DNA from: Chiloscyllium plagiosum | Taxonomy: Eukaryota | Assembly: GCF_004010195.1 (NCBI RefSeq) | Contig: NC_057720.1 | Location: 29,548,350 to 29,612,124, forward strand | Reading direction: 5' to 3' | Length of the DNA stretch: 63,775 bases | In this document: one piece after another, positions 38,146 through 50,999 of the stretch | Numbering within the stretch: position 1 is the first letter of the stretch | Layout: each line of letters opens with the position of its first letter | Made by a program: the position numbers and the translations under genes | The notes under the pieces: model-generated | What the model saw: only the letters and a program-made list of their open reading frames with translations | Told to the model about the DNA's origin: nothing | Databases searched by the model: none

Positions 38146-39100
38146 AGGAGAGAGTGAGGACTGCAGATGCTGGAGATTAGAGTCGTGAGACTTGGTGCTG
38201 GGAAGGCCCAGCAGGTCAGGCTGTATCCGAGGAACAGGAGAATTGACGTTTCTGGCAAGAGCCCTTCATCAGGAATGAGGTTGTCAGCTGAGGGGGTGGG
38301 GATGGGAAATGAGGAAACTGGTGAAGTCCAAATTGATGCTGTGTGGTTGGAGGATCACAAGATGAGGTGTTCTTCCTCCAGACATCGGGTGGTTAGGGAG
38401 TGGCGATGGAAGAGGCCCAGGACCTGCATGTCCTTGGCGGAGTAGGAGGGGGAGTTGAAGTGTTCAGCCACAGGGCGGTGGGGTTAGTTGGTGTGGTTGT
38501 CCCGGAGATGTTCTCTGAAGCACTCTGCAAGTAAACGTCCTGTCTCCTCAATGTAGAGGAGACAGCATCAGGAGCAACAGATACAGTACATGACATGTGT
38601 GGATGTGCAGGTAAAACTCTGATGGATGTGGAAGGATCCATTGGGGCCTTGGACGGAGGTGAGGGGGAAGTTGTGGGTGCAGGTTTTGTATTTCCTGCGG
38701 TGGCAGGGGAAGGTGCCGGGAGGGGAGGATGGGTTAGTGTGGAGCGTGGACCTGACAAGAGAGTCATGGAAGGAATGGTCTTTACAGAAAGCAAATAGGG
38801 GTGGGGAGAGAAATACATCTCTGGTGGTGGGGCCCGTTTGTAGGCAGTCGAAATGGCGGAGGATGATGCAATGTATCTGGAGGTTAGTGGGATGTAAGGT
38901 GAGGACCAGTGGCGTTCTGTCTTTGTTGCAGTTGGAGGAGTGGGGTTCAAGAGGGGAGGTGCGAAAAATGGATGAGATGTGCTGGAGGGTATCATCAACC
39001 ACGTGGAAGGGGAAGTTGCAGTCTTTGAGGAAGGAGGCTATCTGGTGTGCTCAGTGGTGAAACTGGTCCTCCTGGGAGCAGATGTGGCAGAGGCAGAGGA
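38146..39100 (-). mobile_element. Penelope-like element, 5'-truncated: RT C-terminus, GIY-YIG endonuclease, pseudo-LTR with hammerhead (38241-38277)
   Basis: NKDRTPLVLTLHPTN...PGTFPCHRRKYKTC...FTCTSTHVMYCICCS*CCLLYIEETGR...FREH. Hammerhead core CTGATGA...GAAAcGTC on minus. Confidence 0.92.
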
Positions 39101-40450
39101 ACCCATTTCAACTCAGGGGCGTTACATGGTGAGATTGACAAAGGGGACAAGAATTAGGGAAAGGTTCAACACAAAGTTTTGAACACTCTGCCAAGGAAAA
39201 TGAATATTTATCAGACTCTAATTTTGACTTTAATTGAACTCTGACAATCTTGAACAAGTTCGTTACAGGACTCTTCAATAAACAGTCTTAGACTCTAAGT
39301 AAACAGTCTCAAATCTACATCAGCAATTTACTTCTGACATGCACTTCCAAGGATTTGCTACATCCTATCCACAGATCCTTTCCACTACGTTTGAACTGTT
39401 TGTCCAAAGAGACTGGTAATACACATTCCTTAAAACTGGGATAGGTTGTTCCTTGGCCTTTGAGGGTTGGCTGAAGGTTTGGGAAGAGCAATCATTAATT
39501 TTGGCTTCCCATCTCACAGAGCTGTCTCTAGTCTGCAGGTTGTCTCACCCAGGTGCCCTTTCTGGGTCTGGTCAATCTGATGATACTCACCACAAGGTAT
39601 AGAAGATGCTATGCAGCTTAGATGTCAGTCATGTTTGCTGTCTGGGGATGCTGTTGAAGAACGTACAAAAGGCAGAATAGGTTGGGGCTCCAGGTTGCCC
39701 CTTTCATACCCTTTGATTCTGTGGCCTGTGTCCAATTCTAGCATCAGATGGGAACAGGAAGATCCAATGAAGTGACTACTTGCCATATTTGGGAAGTTGC
39801 AGAACATCGTTTTGAATGTTCAACTGTCAAGTGCTGTCCTAGTCACATTTTGCTTCTGGCCTCCTGCGTAGCGTTTTTCTAAGAAAGAAGGTTCACTGAA
39901 GGTGTAAATACTGGTTTGTTCTGAAACAATGCGGTCACTAGCATGTGGCCAGGCAGCTCCAGTCCTGTTTGGTTTTGATAGGAAGTTGATTTTCCAGGGC
40001 TTGGAGGCATGAATACAATAAGCAAATTGCAGAGTCCAGGAAGGTTTACCTTCCAATATTTTGAGTTCTATCCATGCTCATGAAAAATCAATATTTCTGT
40101 AACAATCCTGGTGGTTATAGATCACCTGACTATAATATAACTGTTTCTTCCACTGTAAGGGAAATGTTTATAACTTCACTATTACAATCAATGCATGCTG
40201 ACAATGAGATGTGCCGTATATTTAATTCTATAACTAACCTTATTTCAACAAATTATGATGCTCATCTTTGTGCTCTCAAGTCTTATGTTAATGGCAATAG
40301 GATTGGACGCTAATTATTTAGCTGCAATGAAGAAGCTCTTGTTTGACAAGGAGAGATCTTTTATAGCTAACCCATAACTCCAGTATTGGCAGTTGATGGT
40401 GGGTTTTGTGACTAAAGAGCTTGTCCAATAATGTCCAATAATGCGTGTGC

Positions 40451-40762
40451 TTGCTCCTTCACGATCTACAGACCCAGAAAATAATACTCTCTTATTCTAC
40501 TACAAAACACTGCCACAGGTTAGATTAATAGTTACAGCTTATATTTTAAGTTTAATCAAGAGACATATCTCAAAAAACATATAATCAAGAAAGAACCCAC
40601 TCTACTCACTACTGCAGACTTTCTGTAGGCCACTTAAAACAATTAACTTATCTGATTCTGTGCTGTGAACTTCACCCATACCATGTGCTTCCTTTGTCTG
40701 TTCTTCTCCCTTTTAAAACTGCTGTTTTTTTGACTTTTTTTATCCAAAGTTCCAAAACAGTG
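40451..40762 (-). mobile_element. Isolated 5'UTR fragment of the CR1 family seen at 1-1590 and 6928-11402
   Basis: Aligns to about 10812-11045 and 11186-11263 with an internal deletion. No ORF sequence is adjacent. Confidence 0.9.
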
Positions 40763-40799
40763 TGGGATTACTTGACAGAATGCTAGGAATACCAGCCCC

Positions 40800-41001
40800 A
40801 CTTATATCCACCAGAGAGGGCAAACAGTGCCTTGGTTTACCATCTAATATAAGAGACAGCAGATTCAACAATGCAACATTCCTTTAGTGTTGCACTGGAA
40901 TGTCAGTCTAGATTCCTGCACTGAGGTTCTGAAGATGGATTTGAACACAAAACCATTTGACTCAGAGACATGAGCACTACCAACTGAGAAGCAGATGACA
41001 T
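40800..41001 (-). mobile_element. SacSINE1/DeuSINE-like tRNA-derived SINE (old)
   Basis: Minus head ctcagttggtagtgctcatgtctctgagtcaaatggttttgtgttcaaatcc, then ctagactgacattccagtgcaacact... Confidence 0.65.
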
Positions 41002-43804
41002 CTGTTTACTGTACTGAATGTATCTGTTATCCATTTTCTTCCTGTTACTGCTGTACTAAATTTGGAAATGTTATTCAGAAAGACTGCAGTATTTCTTATT
41101 GCTAATGTGCTGAATGGTGGTTATTGAGACCCTGAATGCCTTGTGTCACCACATAGAGACCACTTACTTGGTCAGGATATTCAATAGCCATGCCTTGAAC
41201 TTAAGAAAGTTGAGTTAAAGGATTCCTATCAGATATTAATTCTTGCAGGACTAGTGTTGAGGCAACTTTATGTCCAGTAAAAATATGGGGGTGGGGGATG
41301 GTGCATTTGCAGTACATACACCTACATTTATACCAGAAAATTCTGCAGTGATCCTATAACCAGATGTGATATTGATTTCAAAAGTTTAATAAACCTCCTG
41401 CAACCCACTCAAAAATTGAACTGGGTGATATTGTATTTTTTTAATATTCTGCAGACAACTATAGTCTTTGAGAGTGTGGCAAGGTTATATAAAAACACTG
41501 GGATGGAGATTAACTGAAAAGTGGGAAGGGAATGAGTGTGATTGGGAATTGCACAAAAAATGGGTTTCATGCAGTTCCTGTCAAATTTAATGATAGGGCC
41601 TAATTCAGGTTTTTTAAAATGTAACTTCCATTTCTGGATTATACCCAGCCAGATTACAAGATTAGCACAGTGGCTGGTTGATGGCTACATATTTAGCACT
41701 AGACCATAGCTAGGTGGCAAGGGGGAGGCAAAAAGAGATCAAAAGTAGATTTGAGACCATGGATTTGAGGCACATCAGGGCCTGGATTCTAACACTTCAT
41801 ATCCCATCTGATCCAGTCTGCCCCATTTTGGCCTTTCAAGATTCCACAATATTCTTGTCTTTGGTCTGCTTGAAACTTTGTTCCCATATTCCCATGAAAT
41901 ATTCCCCAATGTTACTTCTCATCACATGTGACTGGTTATACCACTAGTCAGGATTTGTTCACAGTCAATACAAAGGTTTAATGAATCAGAAGAAAGGGTG
42001 ATACCTGTTGAACCTATTCAATATTTCAAACTCTTTAAATAATGATATTGCTAAAATTAACAACATGAAAGCATTATGGCCACACACACACATTCACTTA
42101 CAGATATGTAAATTCACTTCTATGCATATTGTGACACATGAACCTTGTTAAAACAGCTGCATTTTCTCCTATAGACAACAGCGGATTGGAGTAGGGGCTA
42201 ATTGAGTATATGCATGCTATCAAAAATCTCCTACCATGTAGGGAAACCTGTCAATGCACTCTTAAGCTGATTTCTACAGGGAAAGGAATGAAAAGGTTTC
42301 CTCCGCCTGCTTTATGCATCAATGAACTGCTGTTTGAGAAATTTAACCCCTATTGTCTGCAATTGCTTGAAAAAATCTAGAGGCATCGCAACTCAAGGCA
42401 GAAGTCAACCAGACAAGTGCTGACAGAATCATTCTTTTGTTCTTGGTTTTAAAGTTTGGTTCAAAAATAAAGCACATACTTTCTTCCCAATAATATGATG
42501 CAGGCAACTCTCATGAGGTATTCCCAGGCAGTTCCACCTTGATCTGCAGGTATGGATGGTTGAATGAGGGTAGAACTGAATATTCTATCTCTGCTGTAAA
42601 CACATTTATATATAACATCAAACAAGCTTTTGGAATGTTTAAGGCTTCCAAAAAATGTCTGAGTGCTCTTTCAACATTGATATGTTTTCAAATGTCATTC
42701 AATTAATTCAGTTTATTTGTGGGAGAACCCAAGTAGAAACAATGGCTGAATAATTGAAAAATTCTTGTAGGCTTTAATCCATGAAAAGTGTGAGAACACT
42801 TTTAAAAACGGTGACAAAATGCTTTTTTTCTGTGAAATTGGCTGTGTGGTCCTTGGGCTTGTTCATCTATTTCTTCTTTTCTTATTTACACATTACAAAC
42901 AGTAGAACTGACTGACAGATCGACTTAACAAAATTTCCAAAAACTTACACTCTTAAAAATAAACATATCCATATCATGTTTATTTCCTGCTGACCATGTT
43001 CACTTACTGCAGTCAAAGTGATAGATTGTTATCAAACACAATAATCAATCTGCTGTATGGGTACTGTTACCCAGGTAACAAGGTCAGAGAGTTTTTCTTG
43101 TGCTTGAAAGAGACTTAGAAGATTGTTTATTGACATTTTCATTCAGTATGATAGACTTGTCTAAGATGACGAAATTGTTTCTACGTCTAAACTATTAATA
43201 TCCAGGAAAGTCTGAAGCATGTTTTAGCAATTTAATAGCAAATACTTTGAAACGCAAGTTCGTAATGCACTCTTGATTTTTTTAAAACTTCTGACATTTG
43301 CTACATACTGTGCTCTATGTAATGATTTTGAGGTAAGAAAATGTCAAACAATTCATCATCTTGCAGCAGTTTTGAATATAACAAAACTATTAGGTATAAC
43401 ATGGATTATATGCAGCATAGAACTTATTTTACCAACTTCAATCATAAACAAACATCCAACATGTCAGAGTTACACATGTTTTTCAAATATCAGTTAAGCT
43501 TGTGGGATCACTGAATGGGATTCCCAATACAGTGCAATTTTCAGTCAAATTAGAAGAAACATAGAGCAATGTAGAAATTTAAATTTGGAAGGTACCTGCT
43601 GTTGAAGAGAGGCAAAAATTATTTTTAGTTTGCTAAAAAAAAGGAATGTCTTCATCTTAAATTGCCAGATCATTTTAATAACTTCTTTCTGTGAAGTATT
43701 GGACAATATCATGAATTAGACAGATAATAATGGTTGTAATGATTGCAGCAACACTAGCAGCACAAAGAGCGGGAGCTTGGACCAGGGGCCTGACAGGAGC
43801 GTTG

Positions 43805-43896
43805 AGAGGTAAAAACAATGACTGCAGATGCTGGAAACCAGATTCTGGATTAGTAGTGCTGGAAGAGCACAGCAGTTCAGGCAGCATCCAAGGAGC
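43805..43896 (-). mobile_element. Penelope terminal (tail + arm) fragment
   Basis: gaggtaaaaacaatgactgcagatgctggaaacc...gcacagcagttcaggcagcatccaagg, related to family A termini. Confidence 0.75.
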
Positions 43897-45085
43897 TGAC
43901 ACTGGTTTGAGTCTTTGCATCCGACACTGGAGAGCAGAGGTTTCTGGGAAAGGAGGGACTTTGTTTTTCTTTCCCTCCAGCTATATAAGTGAGTGTTTTC
44001 TAAACCTGAGCCCCTACCTTTGTAGGGCCTCCCACCCAAACACCTCCTCTAACCTTAAACACCAGGGGTACATTAGGTAATAGCGAGTTTTGAGAAGATT
44101 TGTAGCTCAGCACATTAGGTAAGCTTCTCTTCATTTTTTTGACTTTCTGATAAGGGGACTAGCAGGGACGGAATTGCAGGAAGAGGAATGTTTCTCCTGC
44201 ATGATGTTTGAGGTGAGGGATGCTATTAGTGTCCCATCCAAGTACATCTGCAGAAAGTGCACCCAACTCTTGCTCCTCCAAGACCACTTTAGGGAACTGG
44301 AGGGAGAGCTGGATGAACTTCAGATGATTCAGGAGACAGAGACTGTGATAGATAAGAATTACAGTGAAGTCGTTACTCCTAGGCACAAAGAAAGCTGGGT
44401 AACTGCTTGAAGAGGGAAAAACAGTCAGTGCAGGGACCCCCTTTGGTAATTCCCATGAAAAACAAGTATACATTTTGGATAGTGTTGCGGGGGATGACTT
44501 ACCGGGGCATGCAGTGGAGTGCAGGACTCTGGCACAGCATCTGTCCCTGTTGCACAGAAGGGTAGGAGAGAAAGGAGGAGAGTGTTAGTCATTGGGGGCT
44601 CAATAGTTAGAGGGTCAGATAGAAGGTTTGTTGGGAACAAACAAGAGTCACGGTTGGTGTGTTGCCTTCCAGGTACCAGGATCCATGATATCTCAGATCG
44701 TATCTTTGGGGTCCTGAAGGGAGAGAGTGACCAGCTTCAAGTCATGGTCCACGTAGGTACCAATGACATAGGTAGAAAGAGGGATAGTGATGGAAGGCAG
44801 GATTTCAGGGAGCTAGGGTGGAAGCTGAGAGCTAGAACAAACAGAGTTGTTATCTCTGGTTTGTTAGCCGTACCACATGATAGCAAGAGAAGGAATATGG
44901 AGAGATATCAGTTGAACACGTGGCTGCCGGGATGGTGCAGGAGGGAGGGTTTCAAGTACATGGATAATTGGGGCTCATTCTGGGGAAAGTGGGACCTCTA
45001 CAAACAGGATGGTCTTCACTTGAACCAGAGGAGTACAAGTATCCTGGGTGGGAAATTTGCTGGTGCTATTTGGGTGGGCTTTTTT

Positions 45086-45405
45086 TTAGATTACATTCCC
45101 CACAGTATGGGGCCCAACAAGTCCACACCGACCCTCTGAACAGCAACACACATAGACCCATTATCTCACCCCATATTTACCCCTGACTAACTCACCTAAC
45201 ACTATGGGCAATTTAGTATGGCCAATTCACTTAACCTGCACATCTTTGGATTGTGGGAGGAAACCGGAACGCCCAGAGGAAACCCACGCAGACACAGGGA
45301 GATTGTGCAAACTCCACACAGACAGTTGCCCAAGGTGGGACTGAACCCGGGTCCCTGGCATTGTGAGGCAGCCATGCTAACCACTGAGCCACCGTGCTGC
45401 CCCAC
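45086..45405 (-). mobile_element. HE1-type V-SINE inserted at the end of ORF1
   Basis: Reverse complement of head (ggggcagcacggtggctcagtggttagc), V-domain and tail. Confidence 0.93.
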
Positions 45406-47307
45406 CGGAGGTAATTTAAACTAACTCAGCAGGGGGATGGGAACCTGAGATGTAGTTCCATTGCACCATTGGATGAGAATAGGAAGGGCATGGACAGGAT
45501 TTCACGGTCATATAAATGTGCTGGCAGACAGCAAGCTGGTTTGAAGTGTGCCTATTTCAATGCCAGAAGTATCTGAAATAAGGTAGATGAGCTTGCAGCA
45601 TGTATAGGTACCTGGGGCTTCAATGCTGTGGTCATTTTGGATACACGGACAGAGCAGGGACAGGAATGGATGTTGCAGGGTCCAGGATTTAGATCTTTCA
45701 TTAAGAATAGGGAAGGCAGTAAAAGAGGGAGAGGTGTGGTCTTGTTAGTCAAGGACAGTATAACGAGGACTTGTGTACTGAGGTAGTGTGGGCTGAGGTT
45801 AGAAACAGGAGAGGAGAGGTCACATTGCTGGGAGTTCTTTATAGGCCTCTGCAGAGGTCCAGGCAGTGGAGGAGAGGATCGGCAAAACGATTCTGGGTAG
45901 GAGTGAAAGGGTGGTCAGTATGGGAGATTTTAACTTCCCCAATATTGACTGGAAGTGCTATAACTCTAGTACGTCAGATGGAGCAGTTTTTGTCCAATGT
46001 GTGCAGGAGGGTTTCCTGACATAGTCTGTCAAGGGGCCGACAAGAGGGGAGGCCACACTGGATCTGGTAATGCTTGGCAATGAACCAGGCCAGGTGTTTG
46101 ATTTAGTGGTAGGTGAGCACTTTGGAGAGAGTGGCCATAATTCTGTTGCATTTAGTTTAACGATGGAAAGGGATAGGTACATGCCACAGGGCAAGAGATA
46201 TAAATAGGGGAAGGGCAATTATAATGCAATTAGGCAAGAATTAAGGTGCATAGAATGGGGCGGCAAAATGCAAGGAATGGGGACAATAAAAATGTGGAGC
46301 TGGTTTATGGAACAGATATTGCGTGTCCTTGATAGGTATGTCCCTGTCAGGCAGAGAGGAAGTGATAAGGTAAGGGAACCATTCTTTACTAAAGAAATTG
46401 CATCTCTTGTTAAGCGGAAGAAGGAGGCTTATGTGATGTTCAGATGAGGCGATGGAGAGTTACAGATTAACTAGGAAGGATTTAAAGAGAGAGTTAAGAA
46501 GAGCAAAGAGAGGACATGAGCAGTCTTTAGCAGGTAGAATAAAGGAGAACCCTAAGGCTTTCTATAGGTATGTGAGGAATAAAAGGATGACTAGGGTTGG
46601 AATAGGTCCCAGTCAAAGACAGAAGTGAGAATTTGTGTGTGAACTCTATGGAGATCAGAGAGCTGCTAAATGAATATTTCTCACCTGTTTTCACTCAGGA
46701 AAAGGAGAATATTGTAGAGGAGAAGAATGAGATACGGGATATTAGACTAGAAAGGATCGAGGTTCATAAGGAGGAGCTGTTAACAATTCTAGCAGGATTG
46801 AAAGTAGACAGGTCCCCTGGGCCAGATGGAATTTATCCAAGGATTCTCTGGGAAGCTAGGGAGGAGATGTTGGAGCTTTTGGCCTTGATCATTGAGTCAT
46901 TATTGCCTACAAGTTTAGTACCATAAGACAGGAGGATTGCAAATGTTGTGACCTTGTTCAAGAAGGGCAGTAGAGATGACCCAGGTAATTATAGACCAGT
47001 TAGCCCTATGCCTATTGTAGGAAAAGTTTTGGAAAGGATCATAAGAGATAGGATGTTTAATCAAATAGCAAGCAACAGTTTGATTGCAGATAGTCAACAT
47101 GGTTTCGTCAAGGGCAGGTCATGTCTCACAAACCTCATTGAGTTTTTTGAGAAGGTGACCAAGCATGTAGATGAGGGTAGACAGTTGATATGGTGTACAT
47201 GGACTTCAGTAAAGCCTTTGATAAGGTTCTACATGGTAAGCTGTTGGAGAAAACGCAGAGGCATGGGATTGAGGGTGATTTAGCATTTTGGATTAGAAAC
47301 TGGCTTT

Positions 47308-47551
47308 AGAACATAGAACAATACAGTGCAGAACAGGCCCTTCAGCCCTCGATGTTGCACCAACCTGTGAACTATTCTCAGCTCATCCCCATACACTATC
47401 CCAAAATCATCCATGGCTTATCTAAGGATTGTTTAAATCTCCCTAATATGGCTGAGGAAATTCAAATGGGGATTGAACTCATGTCCTCCAAGCATTAGCT
47501 TAGGATTCTGGATTATTAATCCCTGACATTATCATTACGCCATCAGCTTCC
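47308..47551 (-). mobile_element. Composite insertion in CR1 ORF2: CR1 3'-tail fragment joined to an old tRNA-SINE-like head
   Basis: 47308-47455 is a CR1 tail (agaacatagaacaatacagtgcagaacaggccc). 47465-47551 carries a reversed B-box (gggattgaact) and A-box-like sequence. The host frame WIRNWL|S.RRQ resumes at about 47552. Confidence 0.6.
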
Positions 47552-48629
47552 CTTTCTGTAAGAAGGCAGCGAATGGTGGTTGATAGAAAATATTCAGCCA
47601 GGAGTCCGGTTACTAGTGGTGTGCCACAAGGATCTGTTTTGGGACCACTGCTATTTGTCATTTTTATAAATTACTTGAACGCAGACATATTTGGGTGGGT
47701 TAGTAAGTTTGCAGATGACACTAAAGTTGGTGGAGTAGTGGACAGTGTGGAAGAATGTTGCAGGTTACAGGAGGACTTGGATAAACTGCAGAATTGGGCT
47801 GAGAGGTGGGAAATGAAGTTCAAATGCAGATAAATGTGAGGTGATTCACTTTGGGAAGAATAACAGGAAGGCAGAATATTGGGTCAATGGAAAGATTCTT
47901 GGTAGTGTGGATGTGCAGAGGGATCTTGGAGTCCATGTACATAGATCCTTGAAAGCTGCCACTCATGTTGATAGTGCTGTTAAGAGGGCATATGGTGTGT
48001 TGGGTTTTACTGGTAAAGGGATTGAGTTCTGGAGCCATAATGTCACGTTGCAAATGTACAAAATGCTAGTGTGACCGCACTTGAAGTATTGTGTACAGTT
48101 CTGGTCACCCCATTACAGGAAGGATGTAGAAGCATTGGAAAAGGTGTAGAGGAGATTTACCAAGATGTTGCCTGGTCTGGAGAGAAGGTCTTATGAGTAA
48201 AGGCTGAGACACTTGGATCTGTTCTCATTGGAAAGAAGAAGGCTAAGAGGGGATTTGATAGAGACATACAAGATGACCAGAGGATTACATAGGGTTGACA
48301 GTGAAAGTCTTTTTCCTAGGATGATGACATTAGCCTGTAGAAGGGGCCATAACTACAAATTGAGGAGTGATAGATTTAAGACAGATGTCAGAGGCAGATT
48401 CTTCACTCAGAGAGTGGTAAGGGCGTGGAATGCCCTGCCTGCCAATGTAGTTAACTCAGTTCCATTAGGGGCATTTAAACAATCCTTGGATAAGTACATG
48501 GACAATGATGGGATAGTGTAGGGGGTGGGTTTAGATTAATTCACAGATCGGAGCAACATTGAGGGCCAATGGGCCTGTTCTGCGCTATATTGTTCTATGT
48601 AATGCTGTCATTCCAGTCAAAATTCTTAC

Positions 48630-49340
48630 ATTCATATTTTTTGATGAGACATCAGCTTCATTGGCAAGACCAACATTTGATGCCCATCCCTGAATGCCCT
48701 TGAGAAGGTGCTGGTGAGCTTCTTTCTTGAACTGTTGTCTGTGTGCTTTCATGGCACCCACAGTGTTATTAGGAAGCAAGTTTCAGCAACAGTGAAGGAA
48801 TGGCAGTATTGCACCAAGTCAGGATGCCGTGCAGCTTGCAGGAGAACCTACAAGTGGCTCTGAGCCCACCCTGCATTTACTGCCTGTCTTTCTCAATGTT
48901 ACAGATCATGGTTTGGAAAGAGCTGTTGCAGGAGCCTTGGGGGGTTACTGCATTATACCTCGTAGATAGTATACACTGCTGTCATTACATTTTGGTGATG
49001 GAGTAAGTGAATGTTTCAAATAATGGATGGTGTGTGATCAAATGATCTGCTTTGCTATGGGTCCTGGTGAGTGTTGATAAAACCACATCCCATGAGGCAG
49101 GTGGAGAAATGCCATCACACACCTGACTTGTAGCTCATAGACAGTGGATAAGCCTTTGTGATATAGTACCTACAGATCAATTCTAATTCAGTTCTGGTCA
49201 ACTGTAGCACCCAAGATTGATGGTAGTAGGATTTACCAATGTTAATACCATTAAATGTCAAGTGGAGATGTTTCTTCCTTGTTGGAGGTGGTCATTGTCT
49301 GGCACTTCTCTGGCATAAATATCACTTGCTAATCTTCAGT
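48630..49340 (-). mobile_element. Old CR1/L2-class LINE 3' fragment
   Basis: Same family as 20620-21920 (gccttgagaaggtgctggtgagct; ggaggtggtcattgtctggcac). Confidence 0.72.
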
Positions 49341-49399
49341 AACATAACCCATTGAGAATAAAAGAAAGCAACGGGTTCAATTATCATCCTTCTTTCATT

Positions 49400-49950
49400 C
49401 TCTTATGGTTGATAACAGATTCTTCTATTTCCTTTCTTGTCTTCTCTGTTTCCATTTCTAGGGATAGTCCTTGCATCAATATCCACTATAAACCCATTAG
49501 CTTCCACAGCCACCTTCATTGCAATTCCACACACACCAATTCCAGTCAATATTCTCTTCCATTCTCCCAGTTTCTCTTCTGTCATTGCATGTGTTCTGAT
49601 GACCTTCCACACCAGTTCTTCCTTAACTTCTACTCTCAAGCCTTCACCTTCTCAGAATCATGAAAGGGTTCACCCTGTCCTCACCTTTCACTTCATCAAC
49701 ACCATATCCATGGCATCACCCTTTGCCATTTTTGCCATGCCCAATATGATGCCACTGGCTAACAGATCTCCCTCTCAGGATTCCAAAGATTCTTTCCATT
49801 TGAATTTGACCTACTCCTTAATCACCCCCGATGTTCCCCTCCTTTTCCTATGTCAACATTCCATGCAAGCGGAGAATATGTTACAACCGTGCTCCTACCT
49901 CCTCTCTTTCTAAAGATTCTTTAGGTCAAACAAGTTACTTGTACTTCTTT
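49400..49950 (+). mobile_element. Decayed Penelope RT C-terminal fragment
   Basis: ISFLVFSVSISRD...IHYKPISFHSHL...S.H....LPFSQFL...MCS, then ERVHPVLTFH. Confidence 0.7.
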
Positions 49951-50999
49951 CAGTAAGAGAACGTCCAGCTGCAGATGTGACAATGATGAAGGGCACAGAG
50001 CAAGGGAGCTGAGCAGTTTCCTGGCATCTCCACCAGCAGATGGCGATGGTTGGGAAGGGGATGCAGTTGGAGCAATTGACTAGACTCTCGCTGGACAGAT
50101 AGGACATATTTGGTGGGGAAAGATCTGCATATTGGAAAGAGGTACAGAGAAGTCTGCAGCAAACTGTTGAGGTACTGGCAAGATTTCTTGGGAACAGCAG
50201 TAGCCAGTCACAGTTGGTGCAGTGGTTTTATGAGTACAATAAAGCCAAAGGGAAGAATACGGTTTCTGTATTCCCAGAACCAGTGGAGTTGTTTGATTGC
50301 TTTATCCTTCTGGGTGCTCTCTTCTGATTGCCCAAAAGAAGATCCACGAAGCAGAAGGAGTGAGTGACGGGAACATCCAGATAGAGTCGATAGGCTTAAT
50401 CGTGACAAACCTCAATTATCTTTCTTTGAACAGTGGGCTCACATCACCTGGATCACAGAGAAGGTTTGGATTCCTAAGAATAGGACACAGGCTACAATAT
50501 ATAGAAAGATACAGACTTCATTTACAATAAACATAAAATGTGGTAAATGTAGAAAACTTATGCTTAGTTTATGCGGGAATGGAAGTGTCAACTATTACTC
50601 ACCAGTGAGCATCTGGCTGGGAACTATGAGTTGATTGATATCTCTTCACTCAGAATGATGTAAAACTGAAGAATAAAGAATCCTTGTTTCATGATCTTTG
50701 GGTCATTGATATGTTCAAATCTTATCAACTTAATATACTGTATTCATTGCTTACAATGTGTTCTGTTCTATAATGGAGAGATAAATCACAGATTCCGTAA
50801 ACATGGCCCCAAGTTTTCCCTTTCCAGCTCACTGTGGCCTTTCTATCCTTCCCTTCCTGTGTGTACTAAAGCAGCTCGAAAACAGGAGATAAATCATCTC
50901 ATTTCCTGGTGGGCACTTTCCAGGCTTTTGCACATAACTTTGGGTTCACCAGTTTCAGATCATAATCTTGCCTTTGTTCCTCTTTGTTTTTAGATAGCA

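Larger units (their letters stand above)
43897..48600 (+). mobile_element. Near-full-length CR1 LINE (second subfamily): ORF1 zf-esterase about 44168-45080, ORF2 APE-RT about 45490-48521, many stops and frameshifts
   Basis: ORF1: CFSCMMFEV...YICRKC, VLVIGGSIVRG, VHVGTNDIG, DGLHLN. ORF2: YFNARSI, GDFNFPNIDW, PGNYRPVS, GVPQGSVLGPLLF, FADDTKVGG, WNALP. 3' tail gggcctgttctgcgctatattgttctatgt. The 5' boundary is uncertain and may reach about 43765. Confidence 0.95.

Noticed and set aside
50205..50275. WCSGFMSTIKPKGRIRF, resembling the start of a Ty3/Gypsy RT
   Set aside because: Similarity is limited to about 17 residues; no downstream D...LN or YxDD motifs found.
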